A DNA stretch of 64,000 nucleotides, taken from IMG/VR virus record IMGVR_UViG_3300037279_000046; one strand, 5' to 3'. Of the stretch, positions 51,797 through 61,476 are shown in pieces; position 1 is the first letter of the stretch, and every line of letters begins with the position of its first letter. The notes beneath the pieces are model-generated. The model did no database searches. It was not told where the DNA came from and saw only the letters and a program-made list of their open reading frames with translations. This DNA comes from a virus. Taxonomy: Duplodnaviria; Heunggongvirae; Uroviricota; Caudoviricetes. A program made the position numbers and the translations under genes.

Positions 51797-52534
51797 TTAA
51801 CTAAAAAGTTCAGTGTAGTTTTCTCTTAAAGATTGAGCTATATCAGGCAACTCTTTTTCAAAAACTTCAAACGCTGCTGCTGCAATTTCTCTATGTTCTA
51901 GTTGAGTTGACTTATCAAGTCTTGTCATAAAATAAGTCATCCACGATCTAATAGATCCACTCATATAGAGTGTAGTTGAGCAACCGAGAGGCAATACAAA
52001 TCTAGCACATTCCTTAGCAATCCCATTGTCAAGCGCCCAAGTATAATGTTCAAATGAACTCTTCCAATTCTGGTCTTGGCGATCGAGCCACTCTTGCTTT
52101 ACTAATTCTGACAGATCGTCTATTGAATTCTGGCGGTTCTTTACGTCTTGTCTTCTTGCAGCATATAGCTGAAGTCCGCCTGCGTCTACCGCCGCATATC
52201 GCTGGCTAAACTCTTGAAATGTAAAAGAACGATGTCTCAATAGTTGAGGACTAATTCCTCTTGAGGTTTTCACTTGAATGGTGAGAGTTCCCATCTCAAA
52301 TGGACTCCAATGTTTATGCTTTAACAGATAATTTATCAACCTAATTGAAGTGTCGAACTTAAGTTGATTTTGTGGCGCAGAAACTCTCGCACAATACACA
52401 ATTAACTCCTGAGCTCCAGGCGTACAAGATAATAATTCGACTAGCTTTTCTGAAGAAGAAACATTCGATAATTCTTCGATAATTTTGTCATCACTCTGCA
52501 TTATTTGGCTCCTCATTTCTGGTAAGATTATCAT
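51797..52534 (-). CDS. thyX: flavin-dependent thymidylate synthase ThyX
   Basis: ThyX signature LLRHRSFTFQEFSQRY (RHRx7-8S). Confidence 0.85.
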   Translation of the reverse strand: MIILPEMRSQIMQSDDKIIEELSNVSSSEKLVELLSCTPGAQELIVYCARVSAPQNQLKFDTSIRLINYLLKHKHWSPFEMGTLTIQVKTSRGISPQLLRHRSFTFQEFSQRYAAVDAGGLQLYAARRQDVKNRQNSIDDLSELVKQEWLDRQDQNWKSSFEHYTWALDNGIAKECARFVLPLGCSTTLYMSGSIRSWMTYFMTRLDKSTQLEHREIAAAAFEVFEKELPDIAQSLRENYTELFS

Positions 52535-52581
52535 ACCGCGAACGACCGCAATTCAAATAAAAAGTTAAAAGGAAATACAAC

Positions 52582-54471
52582 ATGAATGTGAAGACTCCAT
52601 GGGGCGAGATTGGCTATGTTACGTACAAGAGAACTTACTCTCGCAAGATGAACGACACTACGGAAGAATTCACAGACACGGTTGAACGAGTCCTTAACGC
52701 AGCAGACACACAACTCAATGTTGGATTCACTGCAGCTGAGCGTGCGCGAGCTCGAGACTATATGCTCGGACTAAAAGGAATTGTCGCGGGACGTTTCCTC
52801 TGGCAACTTGGAACAAAGACAGTAGAGAAGTTTGGACTCGCATCGCTTCAGAACTGCGCAGTCACTCTCGTAGATCATCCAATTCGTCCTTTCACTTGGG
52901 CATTTGATATGCTCATGCTTGGATCTGGCGTAGGATACAACATCCAACGCGAGTACGTATATAAGATCCCACCTGTAATGGATCGCGAGATCAAGGTCAC
53001 ACGCAAAGATACTAACGATGCTGACTTCATTATTCCTGATTCTCGTGAAGGATGGGTTAAGCTTCTTGAACACACGCTCTCCGCTTATCTCGTAGAAGGT
53101 AAGTCTTTCTCGTACTCTACTGTTCTCGTCCGTGGCAAAGGTGCTCCAATCAAGAGCTTCGGTGGTACTGCATCAGGACCAGAAGAGCTCTGCTGGGGTA
53201 TTGAGCAGATCTGCAAGGTGCTTGACTCTCGTCGTGGCAAACAGGTTCGTCCTATCGATTGCCTAGACATCATGAACATCATCGGATACATCGTTGTATC
53301 TGGTAACGTACGTCGCTCAGCTCAGATCGCTATCGGTGATATGGATGACCTTCAGTTCCTCAATGCTAAGCGTTGGGACTTAGGCAATATCCCTAACTGG
53401 CGCGCGATGTCTAATAACTCGGTTGTATGCAATGACATGGCACTTCTCCCTGAAGCATTCTGGCAAGGTTACATCGGTAACGGTGAACCTTACGGACTCA
53501 TCAATCTTAAGCTCGCCCGTGAAGTCGGTCGCTTAGCAGATGGCGACATGTACCCAGATCAAAAGATCATCGGCTTTAATCCTTGCGCAGAGCAATCGTT
53601 AGAAGACAAAGAGACCTGCTGTCTCGCTGAGATCTTCTTGCCTAACATCGCTTCTAAAGAAGAGCTTATGGACGTTGCTACAATTCTATACAGGATCAAC
53701 AAGCATTCGTTAGCTCTGTCGTGCCATCACCCAGAGACAGAAGAAGTCGTTCACCGCAACATGCGTATGGGCATAGGCATGACTGGTATCCTTCAAGCAT
53801 CTGATGAACAACGCTCGTGGCTGTCTGACTGCTATAAGCATTTACGTCAATATGACGCTCGCTACTCTGCTGAGAAGGGTTGGCCGAAATCTATTAAGCT
53901 TACTACTGTTAAGCCTAGTGGAACACTTAGCACACTCGCTGGGGTTACGTCAGGCGTTCACCCAGCTATCTACCAACACTTCATCCGTCGTATCCGCATG
54001 GCATCAGACTCTCCGCTAATCGCCGTCTGTCGCACCAATGGGTACAAAGTAGAGTACCAGAAGAACTTCGATGGAACAGACGATAAGAACACCATGGTAG
54101 TGGAGTTCCCATGCTCGTATCCTAAAGGAACAGTATTGGCGAACGATACTACAGCTATCGATCAGCTCAAATGGGTTAAGAAGCTTCAAACTGAATGGTC
54201 TGACAACTCTGTCTCTTGTACTGTCTACTACCGCAAGGAAGAGCTTGAAGACATCAAAGCTTGGTTGCTTGCTAACTACAATAACTCCCATAAGACTGTT
54301 AGCTTCTTACTACATAACGACCATGGGTTCACACAAGCTCCGTACGAAGAGATCACTGAAGATCAGTACAATACTCTACGTGCTAACACTACACCTATTC
54401 ATGGTATTGAAGAAGAGTTCGAGTTTATGGATAGTTTAGAGTGCGAAGGTGGCGTGTGCCCAATCAAGTGA
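52582..54471 (+). CDS. nrdJ: ribonucleotide reductase, class II (B12-dependent, NrdJ-like)
   Basis: 629 aa, single chain; active-site FNPCAEQ...CCLAE, C-terminal redox pair CEGGVCPIK; no separate NrdB-like gene nearby. Confidence 0.8.
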   Translation: MNVKTPWGEIGYVTYKRTYSRKMNDTTEEFTDTVERVLNAADTQLNVGFTAAERARARDYMLGLKGIVAGRFLWQLGTKTVEKFGLASLQNCAVTLVDHPIRPFTWAFDMLMLGSGVGYNIQREYVYKIPPVMDREIKVTRKDTNDADFIIPDSREGWVKLLEHTLSAYLVEGKSFSYSTVLVRGKGAPIKSFGGTASGPEELCWGIEQICKVLDSRRGKQVRPIDCLDIMNIIGYIVVSGNVRRSAQIAIGDMDDLQFLNAKRWDLGNIPNWRAMSNNSVVCNDMALLPEAFWQGYIGNGEPYGLINLKLAREVGRLADGDMYPDQKIIGFNPCAEQSLEDKETCCLAEIFLPNIASKEELMDVATILYRINKHSLALSCHHPETEEVVHRNMRMGIGMTGILQASDEQRSWLSDCYKHLRQYDARYSAEKGWPKSIKLTTVKPSGTLSTLAGVTSGVHPAIYQHFIRRIRMASDSPLIAVCRTNGYKVEYQKNFDGTDDKNTMVVEFPCSYPKGTVLANDTTAIDQLKWVKKLQTEWSDNSVSCTVYYRKEELEDIKAWLLANYNNSHKTVSFLLHNDHGFTQAPYEEITEDQYNTLRANTTPIHGIEEEFEFMDSLECEGGVCPIK

Positions 54472-54473
54472 TA

Positions 54474-54683
54474 CTAGTCAACGGCGTTCCCCACGTTTTT
54501 CTGTGGGGAATTCTTACTCCGCTCTGCAAGCCGGTTCGATGCGTTCGGGACTCTTTCCCAATACGTTGACCAGTATCTAAATTCATAATTGTGATTACTC
54601 CTTGATATTCCTAGTTTTTCTAGGAGTTGGAGTAGTTCATATAGATCTGAATTATTGGTCCACATCTTTTTGCCGTCTCTCAT
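54474..54683 (-). CDS. hypothetical protein
   Basis: 69-aa ORF convergent with nrdJ. Confidence 0.35.
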   Translation of the reverse strand: MRDGKKMWTNNSDLYELLQLLEKLGISRSNHNYEFRYWSTYWERVPNASNRLAERSKNSPQKNVGNAVD

Positions 54684-54684
54684 A

Positions 54685-55008
54685 TCAACCCAGCTTCGTT
54701 AAGATAAGACCCAATACAATGAAGACACATCCGGCTAACGTGTAACCCGTTGGCCGGACTCCGTATAGGACTAGTGGCACGAGCACGTATGCTCCCACAA
54801 TCATGGAGTCCCAAATCAAAGCACGCACGTATAGCTGATCCTTAAGCGGAGATTCCTTCGCGATATATAGCCATAAGAAATTTACAATGACCGCAAGAAT
54901 CAAACCTATTGGGAAGAACCAATGTGTTTGCTTAAGACCATTCGAATACGATACAACCACGGATAGGATGTAGATAACGAACCCGACTAGGTATGGTATC
55001 ATCATTGG
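54685..55008 (-). CDS. small polytopic membrane protein (start at internal MMIPYLVG)
   Basis: Three hydrophobic helices; the upstream part of the long ORF looks non-coding. Confidence 0.4.
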   Translation of the reverse strand, partial: PMMIPYLVGFVIYILSVVVSYSNGLKQTHWFFPIGLILAVIVNFLWLYIAKESPLKDQLYVRALIWDSMIVGAYVLVPLVLYGVRPTGYTLAGCVFIVLGLILTKLG

Positions 55009-55054
55009 GACTCCCTTATTACAGGGGTTTATAGCGTCGGGACGCGAGCGGCCC

Positions 55055-55071
55055 GGCGTAGCAGTGTCAGT
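55055..55071. repeat. 17-nt motif GGCGTAGCAGTGTCAGT (copy 1) embedded in a GC-rich hairpin
   Basis: Identical 17-mer also at 63912-63928; here it forms the loop of the hairpin CGGCCC...GGGCCG. Confidence 0.6.
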
Positions 55072-55468
55072 GGGCCGGTGCAATGCGCTCGACGAATTCT
55101 TTCGCTGCGGTAAGCGATTCGTTTGGAGACTGTAGTTTGAGCTTTCGCAACATAGACATGACCTGTCTAGTGCGCTTAACCTTATGGATGAATTGCCTGA
55201 CGTCATCTCTATCTTGGGGAGTTTCTTGTTGTTGATTGTAGTAGTCGTACTTCATCTCAACATAATCCTTAGACTCTTTGAGTCCCCAACCAAACACTTG
55301 CTGAATGAATGGTCCAGATGTTACACCAGGGTCATAATGTGATCTGTAACAAGATGGTATGCGTGTAGCTTTACCAAGGAAGCTGGTGAGCAGGCGAACA
55401 GCTTTGATATCATAAATCTTGTTCTCTACTCGACGGCGAGGTTTATTCTTGATCGGCGATGATGTCAT
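55067..55468 (-). CDS. hypothetical basic protein
   Basis: 133-aa ORF. Confidence 0.45.
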   Translation of the reverse strand: MTSSPIKNKPRRRVENKIYDIKAVRLLTSFLGKATRIPSCYRSHYDPGVTSGPFIQQVFGWGLKESKDYVEMKYDYYNQQQETPQDRDDVRQFIHKVKRTRQVMSMLRKLKLQSPNESLTAAKEFVERIAPAH

Positions 55469-55751
55469 CGATGTCCATCCCTAATAAGATGTAGTCAATT
55501 GAGCGATCCTCGTGCCACTGACGAAACTCTGCTTGAATAGAACCTTGGATATAGGTCATGCCACCGTCTTTGTTCTTCATGTATAGGTTGACAGATCCAT
55601 CCTTCTCTTTTATGGCAGCGATCTTGCCAAACGATGTAGCAGAAGAACTAGTAGCTCTGATCCAGTCAGGAGCAAACCAGTATGGAACACCACGCTTAGA
55701 TACGTGGTCACTTTCTCTTAGAGGCTTTTCGATCTTTGATTTCTTGCTCAC
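55443..55751 (-). CDS. hypothetical protein
   Basis: 102-aa ORF. Confidence 0.45.
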   Translation of the reverse strand: MSKKSKIEKPLRESDHVSKRGVPYWFAPDWIRATSSSATSFGKIAAIKEKDGSVNLYMKNKDGGMTYIQGSIQAEFRQWHEDRSIDYILLGMDIDDIIADQE

Positions 55752-55780
55752 GTTTCTTTAACTCCTCTACTGCGTCTCGC

Positions 55781-56029
55781 TTAGCCATTCTTCTTGTTAG
55801 ATAGTATATCCATGTCCCGTGCACCATGCTCGGATCCGGACTCTTTAACTTCAGCTTCACTAGCAATTTGTAAAGACCTCTTGCGTTCCTCAGCATGTCT
55901 CACTCTCGCAGCATACATCGCAAAGTTAAATTCTTTATTGTCTGGCCAATCCCACGGCAGAATATCTTGTCCTATATCTATTACCTTCAGACGAAATAGC
56001 ACATGAGATAATTTATCAAGTGATTGCAT
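55781..56029 (-). CDS. hypothetical protein (start trimmed to the internal Met to avoid an out-of-frame overlap with RNase H)
   Basis: 82 aa from MQSLDKLSHV. Confidence 0.35.
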   Translation of the reverse strand: MQSLDKLSHVLFRLKVIDIGQDILPWDWPDNKEFNFAMYAARVRHAEERKRSLQIASEAEVKESGSEHGARDMDILSNKKNG

Positions 56030-56045
56030 CTCATTGAGAGTTTTT

Positions 56046-56519
56046 CTACGGGCTGCAAGGAAGTTTTGGTTCAACGAGGCCAGTGGTTCCTTTTCCAAGG
56101 CGAGCTGCTTTAGCCAATCGATCACAGCCTTCATTATGCTCATCACCGGAATGCCCCTTCACCCAACGTGTAGTCGCTTTAGTAGTTCCGTATATGCTTC
56201 TAAGTTTGATATAGAGTGGCGCAAGGTGGAGCGCTTTGCATTGGTATGCTCCGCTTGCATATCCGAGTACAAGCTGTGAGTCAGAGACGAGCACAACTTC
56301 ATGAGGACCCTGTGCGAGTACATCTTGTGTGTTGAGTATCTTGAAGACGTGTTCAAGACCGACGATCGCAGCTGTAATTTCTGCAACATTGTTAGTAGCT
56401 TTCGTGAGGTATCCATTCCCCTCTGAATGCAAGGATCCGTCGATGACGCATCTCCATCCATAGCCACCATCAGAGTCGAATGTATTCCCGGATCCGTCAG
56501 CATATAGTTCAACCTTCAT
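56046..56519 (-). CDS. rnh: ribonuclease H (RNase HI-type)
   Basis: YADGSG, NNVAEITAAIVGLE, VLVSDSQLV and WVKGHSGDEHNEGCDRLA match the RNase H D-E-D-D active-site motifs. Confidence 0.8.
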   Translation of the reverse strand: MKVELYADGSGNTFDSDGGYGWRCVIDGSLHSEGNGYLTKATNNVAEITAAIVGLEHVFKILNTQDVLAQGPHEVVLVSDSQLVLGYASGAYQCKALHLAPLYIKLRSIYGTTKATTRWVKGHSGDEHNEGCDRLAKAARLGKGTTGLVEPKLPCSP

Positions 56520-56760
56520 TATCTTTCCTATTCTGGAGTCGTGTTAACATACGAAGTCCTACTGAGGTTTCATAGTATTGAGGCGCCACTCCAAATTTCC
56601 ATAGTAATTTGTACAGCGCCATCCAAGCATTAATGGCTCTATCGTCTAGGTTTAAATGACCTGTCTTTAGTCTTCCCATAGTATAATAAACCTTACGTAG
56701 GAGATTGTACGAAATGGCAATGCAACCAGATGCTCTCAAAGCTAAGATGAAAGATACCAT
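56509..56760 (-). CDS. hypothetical protein
   Basis: 83-aa ORF. Confidence 0.4.
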   Translation of the reverse strand: MVSFILALRASGCIAISYNLLRKVYYTMGRLKTGHLNLDDRAINAWMALYKLLWKFGVAPQYYETSVGLRMLTRLQNRKDNEG

Positions 56761-56980
56761 CTACAACGGTCTTAAAGCTCAGTTCGGTTCAGCAGCTGGC
56801 AAAGGTGCTAACTACACACCTATCGCAGATGCTCAATGGCAGGCGATGGCTGAAGCAATCTCAGGTATTGCAGCCGACATCGTGATGGAGATCACGACGA
56901 ATGCTACAGTATTACCTGGTATTCCAACTGCTGGATCACCTGCAGCTCAAGTCACTGTTGGACCTGGACAGATCCTTTAA
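56705..56980 (+). CDS. small Ala/Gly-rich protein (plus-strand, late-gene-like)
   Basis: AGGAG RBS; TATAATAAA about 35 nt upstream; likely start at the second ATG (MAMQ). Confidence 0.45.
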   Translation: MYEMAMQPDALKAKMKDTIYNGLKAQFGSAAGKGANYTPIADAQWQAMAEAISGIAADIVMEITTNATVLPGIPTAGSPAAQVTVGPGQIL

Positions 56981-57261
56981 TAGTTCTTCGTGATCTTAAA
57001 CGAATTGATCTTACTAGCACGAGGCTCTTGCTTCTCGTGCTCAGGGTAAATCTCTACTTTCATTCTAGTCTCGCCATCATCATGCTCAGTAGTAGGTTTG
57101 ATTGCCTCGATAGTGAGGCATTCAACCATTGCACCTGTGCCTGGATCCTCTTCACTGATAGTGAGATCAAGAGTAAGGTCTTTACTGTTAGATCCATAGC
57201 CAAGCATCTCGTATCCAATCTTAGACAGGACCATATCAAGCTGTGCCTTAGAGATCTTCAT
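56977..57261 (-). CDS. hypothetical protein
   Basis: 94-aa ORF. Confidence 0.4.
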   Translation of the reverse strand: MKISKAQLDMVLSKIGYEMLGYGSNSKDLTLDLTISEEDPGTGAMVECLTIEAIKPTTEHDDGETRMKVEIYPEHEKQEPRASKINSFKITKNY

Positions 57262-57270
57262 ATTGCTCCC

Positions 57271-57564
57271 TTAAAATAGTTCGTCACCATCGTACACAAT
57301 ACCCTTACCGTTATATCCACGCGGAGCAGCGTCAGATGAACCGGTAATGAATCGAGCTTCAAGTGAGTTGATAAAGTCTAATGCATGATCGACAGCAAGA
57401 TGGTGGTGTGACCGCTCATCTTCCCGCTTATTAAAGAATCGCTTCGGGTATTTCGTATCTGCCTCATCTCTGATGCCTTCGATACGAGCCTTAATCATGT
57501 CCATGCTCTCAAGCCCTTGGCTAACGAAATGAATAGCCTGCTTCATAGCATGATGATAAGCCAT
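57271..57564 (-). CDS. hypothetical protein (start at the internal Met MAYHHAMKQ)
   Basis: The longer ORF would overlap the upstream gene out of frame. Confidence 0.4.
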   Translation of the reverse strand: MAYHHAMKQAIHFVSQGLESMDMIKARIEGIRDEADTKYPKRFFNKREDERSHHHLAVDHALDFINSLEARFITGSSDAAPRGYNGKGIVYDGDELF

Positions 57565-57565
57565 C

Positions 57566-58126
57566 TTACCTTTTGGCGTCGGGATGCGCTTGTATACGAA
57601 CTTCCCCATCGATTTCATCAACACTACCGCGGTCGCCGATACACTTAGGACTGACGTTGAAGAGCTCATCGACTAGATCCTCTCTATTCTTCTTGTAGTA
57701 TGTTGATTCCAATATATGCGGGAACATAATTGAAACCGGACCATCCTTCGTGACTGCTTTGCAGTGTTCGCGAGGTATTAGACAATGACCCATCTCGTGG
57801 AATACTAATTCTTCCCTTTGATACTCATCCATCTTTTTCCAAGACTTCGAATGGATCTTAATAACCATTCTACCTGCCCTGTTTCGCGCACAGTAACCCA
57901 CAGTTCGGTCAGTCCAACTCGTACGAATATCTCCGAAGGACATATTCATCTTGTCGAGACTTACAGGATGCCCTCTCAATCGTGCTTCATATATGAACGA
58001 TTCTATGATCGGATTAAAGGTCTTATCAATGTAGTCTGTCTTGTACTCTATTGGAGTAGGAGAGGCATTTATTGTGGTGCAACTGAGTGAACAACTTAAG
58101 GTGAGGATTAAGAATAGGTAACGCAC
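57566..58126 (-). CDS. secreted zinc metalloprotease (zincin, HExxH)
   Basis: Signal peptide MRYLFLILTLSCSLSCTT; VFHEMGHCL. Confidence 0.65.
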   Translation of the reverse strand: MRYLFLILTLSCSLSCTTINASPTPIEYKTDYIDKTFNPIIESFIYEARLRGHPVSLDKMNMSFGDIRTSWTDRTVGYCARNRAGRMVIKIHSKSWKKMDEYQREELVFHEMGHCLIPREHCKAVTKDGPVSIMFPHILESTYYKKNREDLVDELFNVSPKCIGDRGSVDEIDGEVRIQAHPDAKR

Positions 58127-58292
58127 AGCCCAACTCCGCTATATAATAGACCTATGAACAACTGCAAAATCTGTATCCTAAGTCACATGCAAATGCACCC
58201 AGAACTAGTGTTCTGGATGAAGTGTCCATCTTGTGGCTACACTCAGTACGATGCAGCCTCGCACAAGAGATATCCCAAAGTCTCCCGCTTCT

Positions 58293-58559
58293 TTAGATAC
58301 GACGGAACTGATCTATCGACTCAGCCGGTAGATAAGTCAGAAGTACCAGATGCGGACTCGTCCAGCGCTTCACATAAGGAATAGATCCTTCAGGAGCGTC
58401 AACGTAAAACAACCGGCCTTCAGCTGGTTGTAACGTAAAGAACTCATTATTGGCTTCACCATACGGCATCTCAGGATGCGGCTTTGGTTGACCGTTAACC
58501 TGTATCGTTATCGGCGTCTTCTCATCATTTAGATAGTAGATCTCCATCACCAACTCCAC
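58293..58559 (-). CDS. hypothetical protein
   Basis: 88-aa ORF. Confidence 0.35.
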   Translation of the reverse strand: MELVMEIYYLNDEKTPITIQVNGQPKPHPEMPYGEANNEFFTLQPAEGRLFYVDAPEGSIPYVKRWTSPHLVLLTYLPAESIDQFRRI

Positions 58560-58831
58560 AGCAGTCCAGCTGCTTGCTTCTTAATATCAATGTTCAATAC
58601 TAAATGTCTAGCCAGAGTAATCGCTACAGGCTTACCAGTAGCAACAGCAGCGACTGGTGTTAATGCGAATACGATATACTTATTGTTGTCCGCTATCTTC
58701 TGACCATACTTTTCAATGTTCTTAACTGTTTGCTTTAACTCAACATTCTGTTCGTAATAGGCATTAGTAGCAGATCCGCATCCAGCTCTTCCAGCCAAAC
58801 ATGTACCAACAACTAAAGCCTCTAACAACAT
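58547..58831 (-). CDS. hypothetical protein
   Basis: 94-aa ORF with a signal-like N-terminus. Confidence 0.4.
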   Translation of the reverse strand: MLLEALVVGTCLAGRAGCGSATNAYYEQNVELKQTVKNIEKYGQKIADNNKYIVFALTPVAAVATGKPVAITLARHLVLNIDIKKQAAGLLWSW

Positions 58832-59055
58832 TACTTTGCCTCTGTATGGGAAAACTGCCCATTATCGAAATGCGCTGTCTTGTGGTTCAGTACATGTAGG
58901 TTAATAACTGCTGCATCAACTTCACCATCATCTACTTTAAGATTGTCAACTAAGAAATCACAGGCAGGATCAATGGATAGGAACTTACGGTGTGTTACTT
59001 TACCACTCTCCGCGAATGTTACAACCCATTGAAAGCCATCGAATTTAAGATTCAT
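58831..59055 (-). CDS. hypothetical protein
   Basis: 74-aa ORF. Confidence 0.35.
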   Translation of the reverse strand: MNLKFDGFQWVVTFAESGKVTHRKFLSIDPACDFLVDNLKVDDGEVDAAVINLHVLNHKTAHFDNGQFSHTEAK

Positions 59056-59141
59056 CGCTATCTCCTAACTGGTTTTTCAAAGACATAACTGTCAGTTCGT
59101 CTATCAATTTATCGAACCGGGAAGGAGAGATGACTTTGATT

Positions 59142-59432
59142 CTATACAGGATCCTCAGTAGTTTTGCTATCGCTTGAGCTCTCTGTACGGTCATTGAACG
59201 GGTTGTCATCATAGTCATAATCATCGTAATCCCGCTCATAGTTGTCCCACTCGCATGGACAGTTATCTTTGCGCTGCCGGCACTCTTCGTGACAATCATC
59301 TTCTAATATGTCTTGAACGTGGAACAACTCTTTCTCAGCAGATCGAACCCAACCATGCAATAGCTTTAATAAGCCTTCACATGCTTCCAACGAATCCATA
59401 TCTTCTTCAAGATCAATCTTCCGCTGCTTCAT
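59142..59432 (-). CDS. hypothetical acidic Cys-containing protein
   Basis: 96-aa ORF; the alternative overlapping ORF 59045..59299 is less protein-like. Confidence 0.4.
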   Translation of the reverse strand: MKQRKIDLEEDMDSLEACEGLLKLLHGWVRSAEKELFHVQDILEDDCHEECRQRKDNCPCEWDNYERDYDDYDYDDNPFNDRTESSSDSKTTEDPV

Positions 59433-59565
59433 TTGGGCTCACCTTGTTTTTACGCTTATAGTCTTTCTTAGTCTTATGCCGCTTATTAGAAGGTAGAGTC
59501 AAGCGAACTCCATATAGTCCACGCTTGATCTTCTCTTTAGCTTTCTTTGCCTTCTTCTTGTCCAC

Positions 59566-59763
59566 TTATTCCTCGTATTTGCAGAATGTAGTTTTAAGAT
59601 TACGTAGGCATTCAGCGTAACATATTACTTTAGAGTCCCTAGCGCAAGCTGTCGCTTTTGCATCCAACTGATCGAGTAGAACAGGACTGCAGCTATAGTT
59701 GTCTGGATTACTACGTCCGCAACCAGCAACAGCAAGAAACAATACAGCATATAAAAACCTCAT
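59566..59763 (-). CDS. small secreted Cys-rich protein
   Basis: Signal peptide MRFLYAVLFLAVAGCG; 8 Cys in 65 aa. Confidence 0.4.
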   Translation of the reverse strand: MRFLYAVLFLAVAGCGRSNPDNYSCSPVLLDQLDAKATACARDSKVICYAECLRNLKTTFCKYEE

Positions 59764-59764
59764 G

Positions 59765-60037
59765 TTAATCCTTTTTCTTCTTCTTGGGTTTCTCTACTGG
59801 TTCACAAGGCGGATCGCCCCAAACCAATACAGTCGCACCATTGTGCCCGTGTATATCCATAAGAGCATCTACACTCTTATGTAACTCAAACGATGACTTA
59901 AAAGAAACCCATAGCATGTGTGCTTCGCCATTAGGATACACGGAACCAACAGCAATGATACCAGTTCCAGACATTCCGCTAATATCAGTGATACGGTTCA
60001 GATAAAACGTCCGGATCTTTAGAGATAACATACTCAC
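59765..60037 (-). CDS. hypothetical protein
   Basis: 90-aa ORF. Confidence 0.4.
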   Translation of the reverse strand: MSMLSLKIRTFYLNRITDISGMSGTGIIAVGSVYPNGEAHMLWVSFKSSFELHKSVDALMDIHGHNGATVLVWGDPPCEPVEKPKKKKKD

Positions 60038-60570
60038 TCCTCAATCATCTTGCCAATGGCAAGAGCTAGTCTGTATTGAGCAGCGTGGTCAGCAATCTCT
60101 TTAAGAGTCAGAGGAGTACCGTTGACGCTGATGTTAACTATAGATCCATTATCGTAACGAATACTACCATTAACCCTTTTCAATATCTCTTTTACCCGGT
60201 CTGTTGTCTTGAGAGATAATTCCATGGTCTCATGCTTAGCTAGAGCGTATTCGCCTTCACCTTGTAACTTCAAGGATCTTAGCTTGTGAAGTCCCATTGT
60301 CTGCCATTTAACAGGCTTGGGATGTTTCTTAACCAACCAAGCCATGTGACTTTTAATAGAGTCAATCTTTGCTTGATGCTTATTTTGGTAGTTACGTAAC
60401 TCTAAATGTCTGAGTTCTGAACTAGATTCAGCGTGTGCTTCAACCACTGCAATCGCATGAGCATAATAGTTCTTGCGAAAGCGGGCACGGTGTCTGCGAG
60501 TGTTAATATCATTGCGAGTAACAGCTATATCGCAGAGTTCGCGTACCAGTGGAAGAAGCTCGTTGTCCAT
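60034..60570 (-). CDS. hypothetical protein
   Basis: 178-aa ORF. Confidence 0.5.
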   Translation of the reverse strand: MDNELLPLVRELCDIAVTRNDINTRRHRARFRKNYYAHAIAVVEAHAESSSELRHLELRNYQNKHQAKIDSIKSHMAWLVKKHPKPVKWQTMGLHKLRSLKLQGEGEYALAKHETMELSLKTTDRVKEILKRVNGSIRYDNGSIVNISVNGTPLTLKEIADHAAQYRLALAIGKMIEE

Positions 60571-60571
60571 C

Positions 60572-60763
60572 TTATTCTCCGAAGTGTTTTAGTTGTAAAG
60601 CCATAGGCAATACATCCACTTGTATTTCTACAAACTTCTCTTTTGGCGGAGCGCGTTTACCCTTAGGCTTTTGCGGCTCAAGCTTTGTTACTTGGTTACC
60701 CAAGCTCAAGAACACAGACATTCCAGCTTCTAACTCTTTACGGATCTGTTGACGTGTTTTCAT
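60572..60763 (-). CDS. hypothetical protein
   Basis: 63-aa ORF. Confidence 0.35.
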   Translation of the reverse strand: MKTRQQIRKELEAGMSVFLSLGNQVTKLEPQKPKGKRAPPKEKFVEIQVDVLPMALQLKHFGE

Positions 60764-60800
60764 AATACCTCCCAGTATTACACATTCTTAGGATCAGAGA

Positions 60801-61046
60801 TTAGTTCTTAGCGCAGCCTGATTTGGAGTGTTGTATGGCTTTCTGGATCAGTTGATCCATAGCTTCATCGTTCTTGGAGAACTTATTGAAGTCCTCATTC
60901 TTAATCTTGAACTTAGTCTCGCAGCCATCGATCACAACTCTAACCATCTGAAACTTAGGATCGCCTGAGTTAGGCATATCCACGTCGTAGTCCATGGCTT
61001 GAGCTGTGGTCGATAGCATCGCGATGATTACCAACAGTGCTTTCAT
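60801..61046 (-). CDS. small secreted protein
   Basis: Signal peptide MKALLVIIAMLSTTAQA. Confidence 0.45.
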   Translation of the reverse strand: MKALLVIIAMLSTTAQAMDYDVDMPNSGDPKFQMVRVVIDGCETKFKIKNEDFNKFSKNDEAMDQLIQKAIQHSKSGCAKN

Positions 61047-61381
61047 TACTTCCCCTGTGGTTTATTGTTGTTGATGATAGCCTGAGTCTCAGTCGTGAAC
61101 CGGATACGAGCTACGTCCAATTCCATTGTGGAACCAGATGCGTTGTTTCCTTTAACGAATAAGAGAAGCAGTCCAGCGATCAGTCCAGCAATACCTGTAC
61201 CAAACATAATGAGATACATGATTGGGATGAACTCAATATAGTGGTACTCGTGACCCATGATCCAAGAATCATAGATCCAAGGGATAACGAATAGCACACC
61301 GATAACGGTAAACATAATGCCACGGCTGACATTTGCTGCCCGTTTCTTCTTCTCTTGCTTTTTGAATTGGTTGGTGTCCAT
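61046..61381 (-). CDS. membrane protein
   Basis: Two TM helices. Confidence 0.45.
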   Translation of the reverse strand: MDTNQFKKQEKKKRAANVSRGIMFTVIGVLFVIPWIYDSWIMGHEYHYIEFIPIMYLIMFGTGIAGLIAGLLLLFVKGNNASGSTMELDVARIRFTTETQAIINNNKPQGK

Positions 61382-61476
61382 ATTGTTCTCCTAACAGAAT
61401 TTAGGATCAGATATGGGTAGAAAGTGGGCGGCTTATCCTACCGCCCGTGAGCCAGCATAGCTGGCAAGTTCAATCA

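Noticed and set aside
56159-56512. Alternative 117-aa ORF inside the RNase H gene
   Set aside because: It overlaps the RNase H frame, which carries all conserved catalytic motifs.
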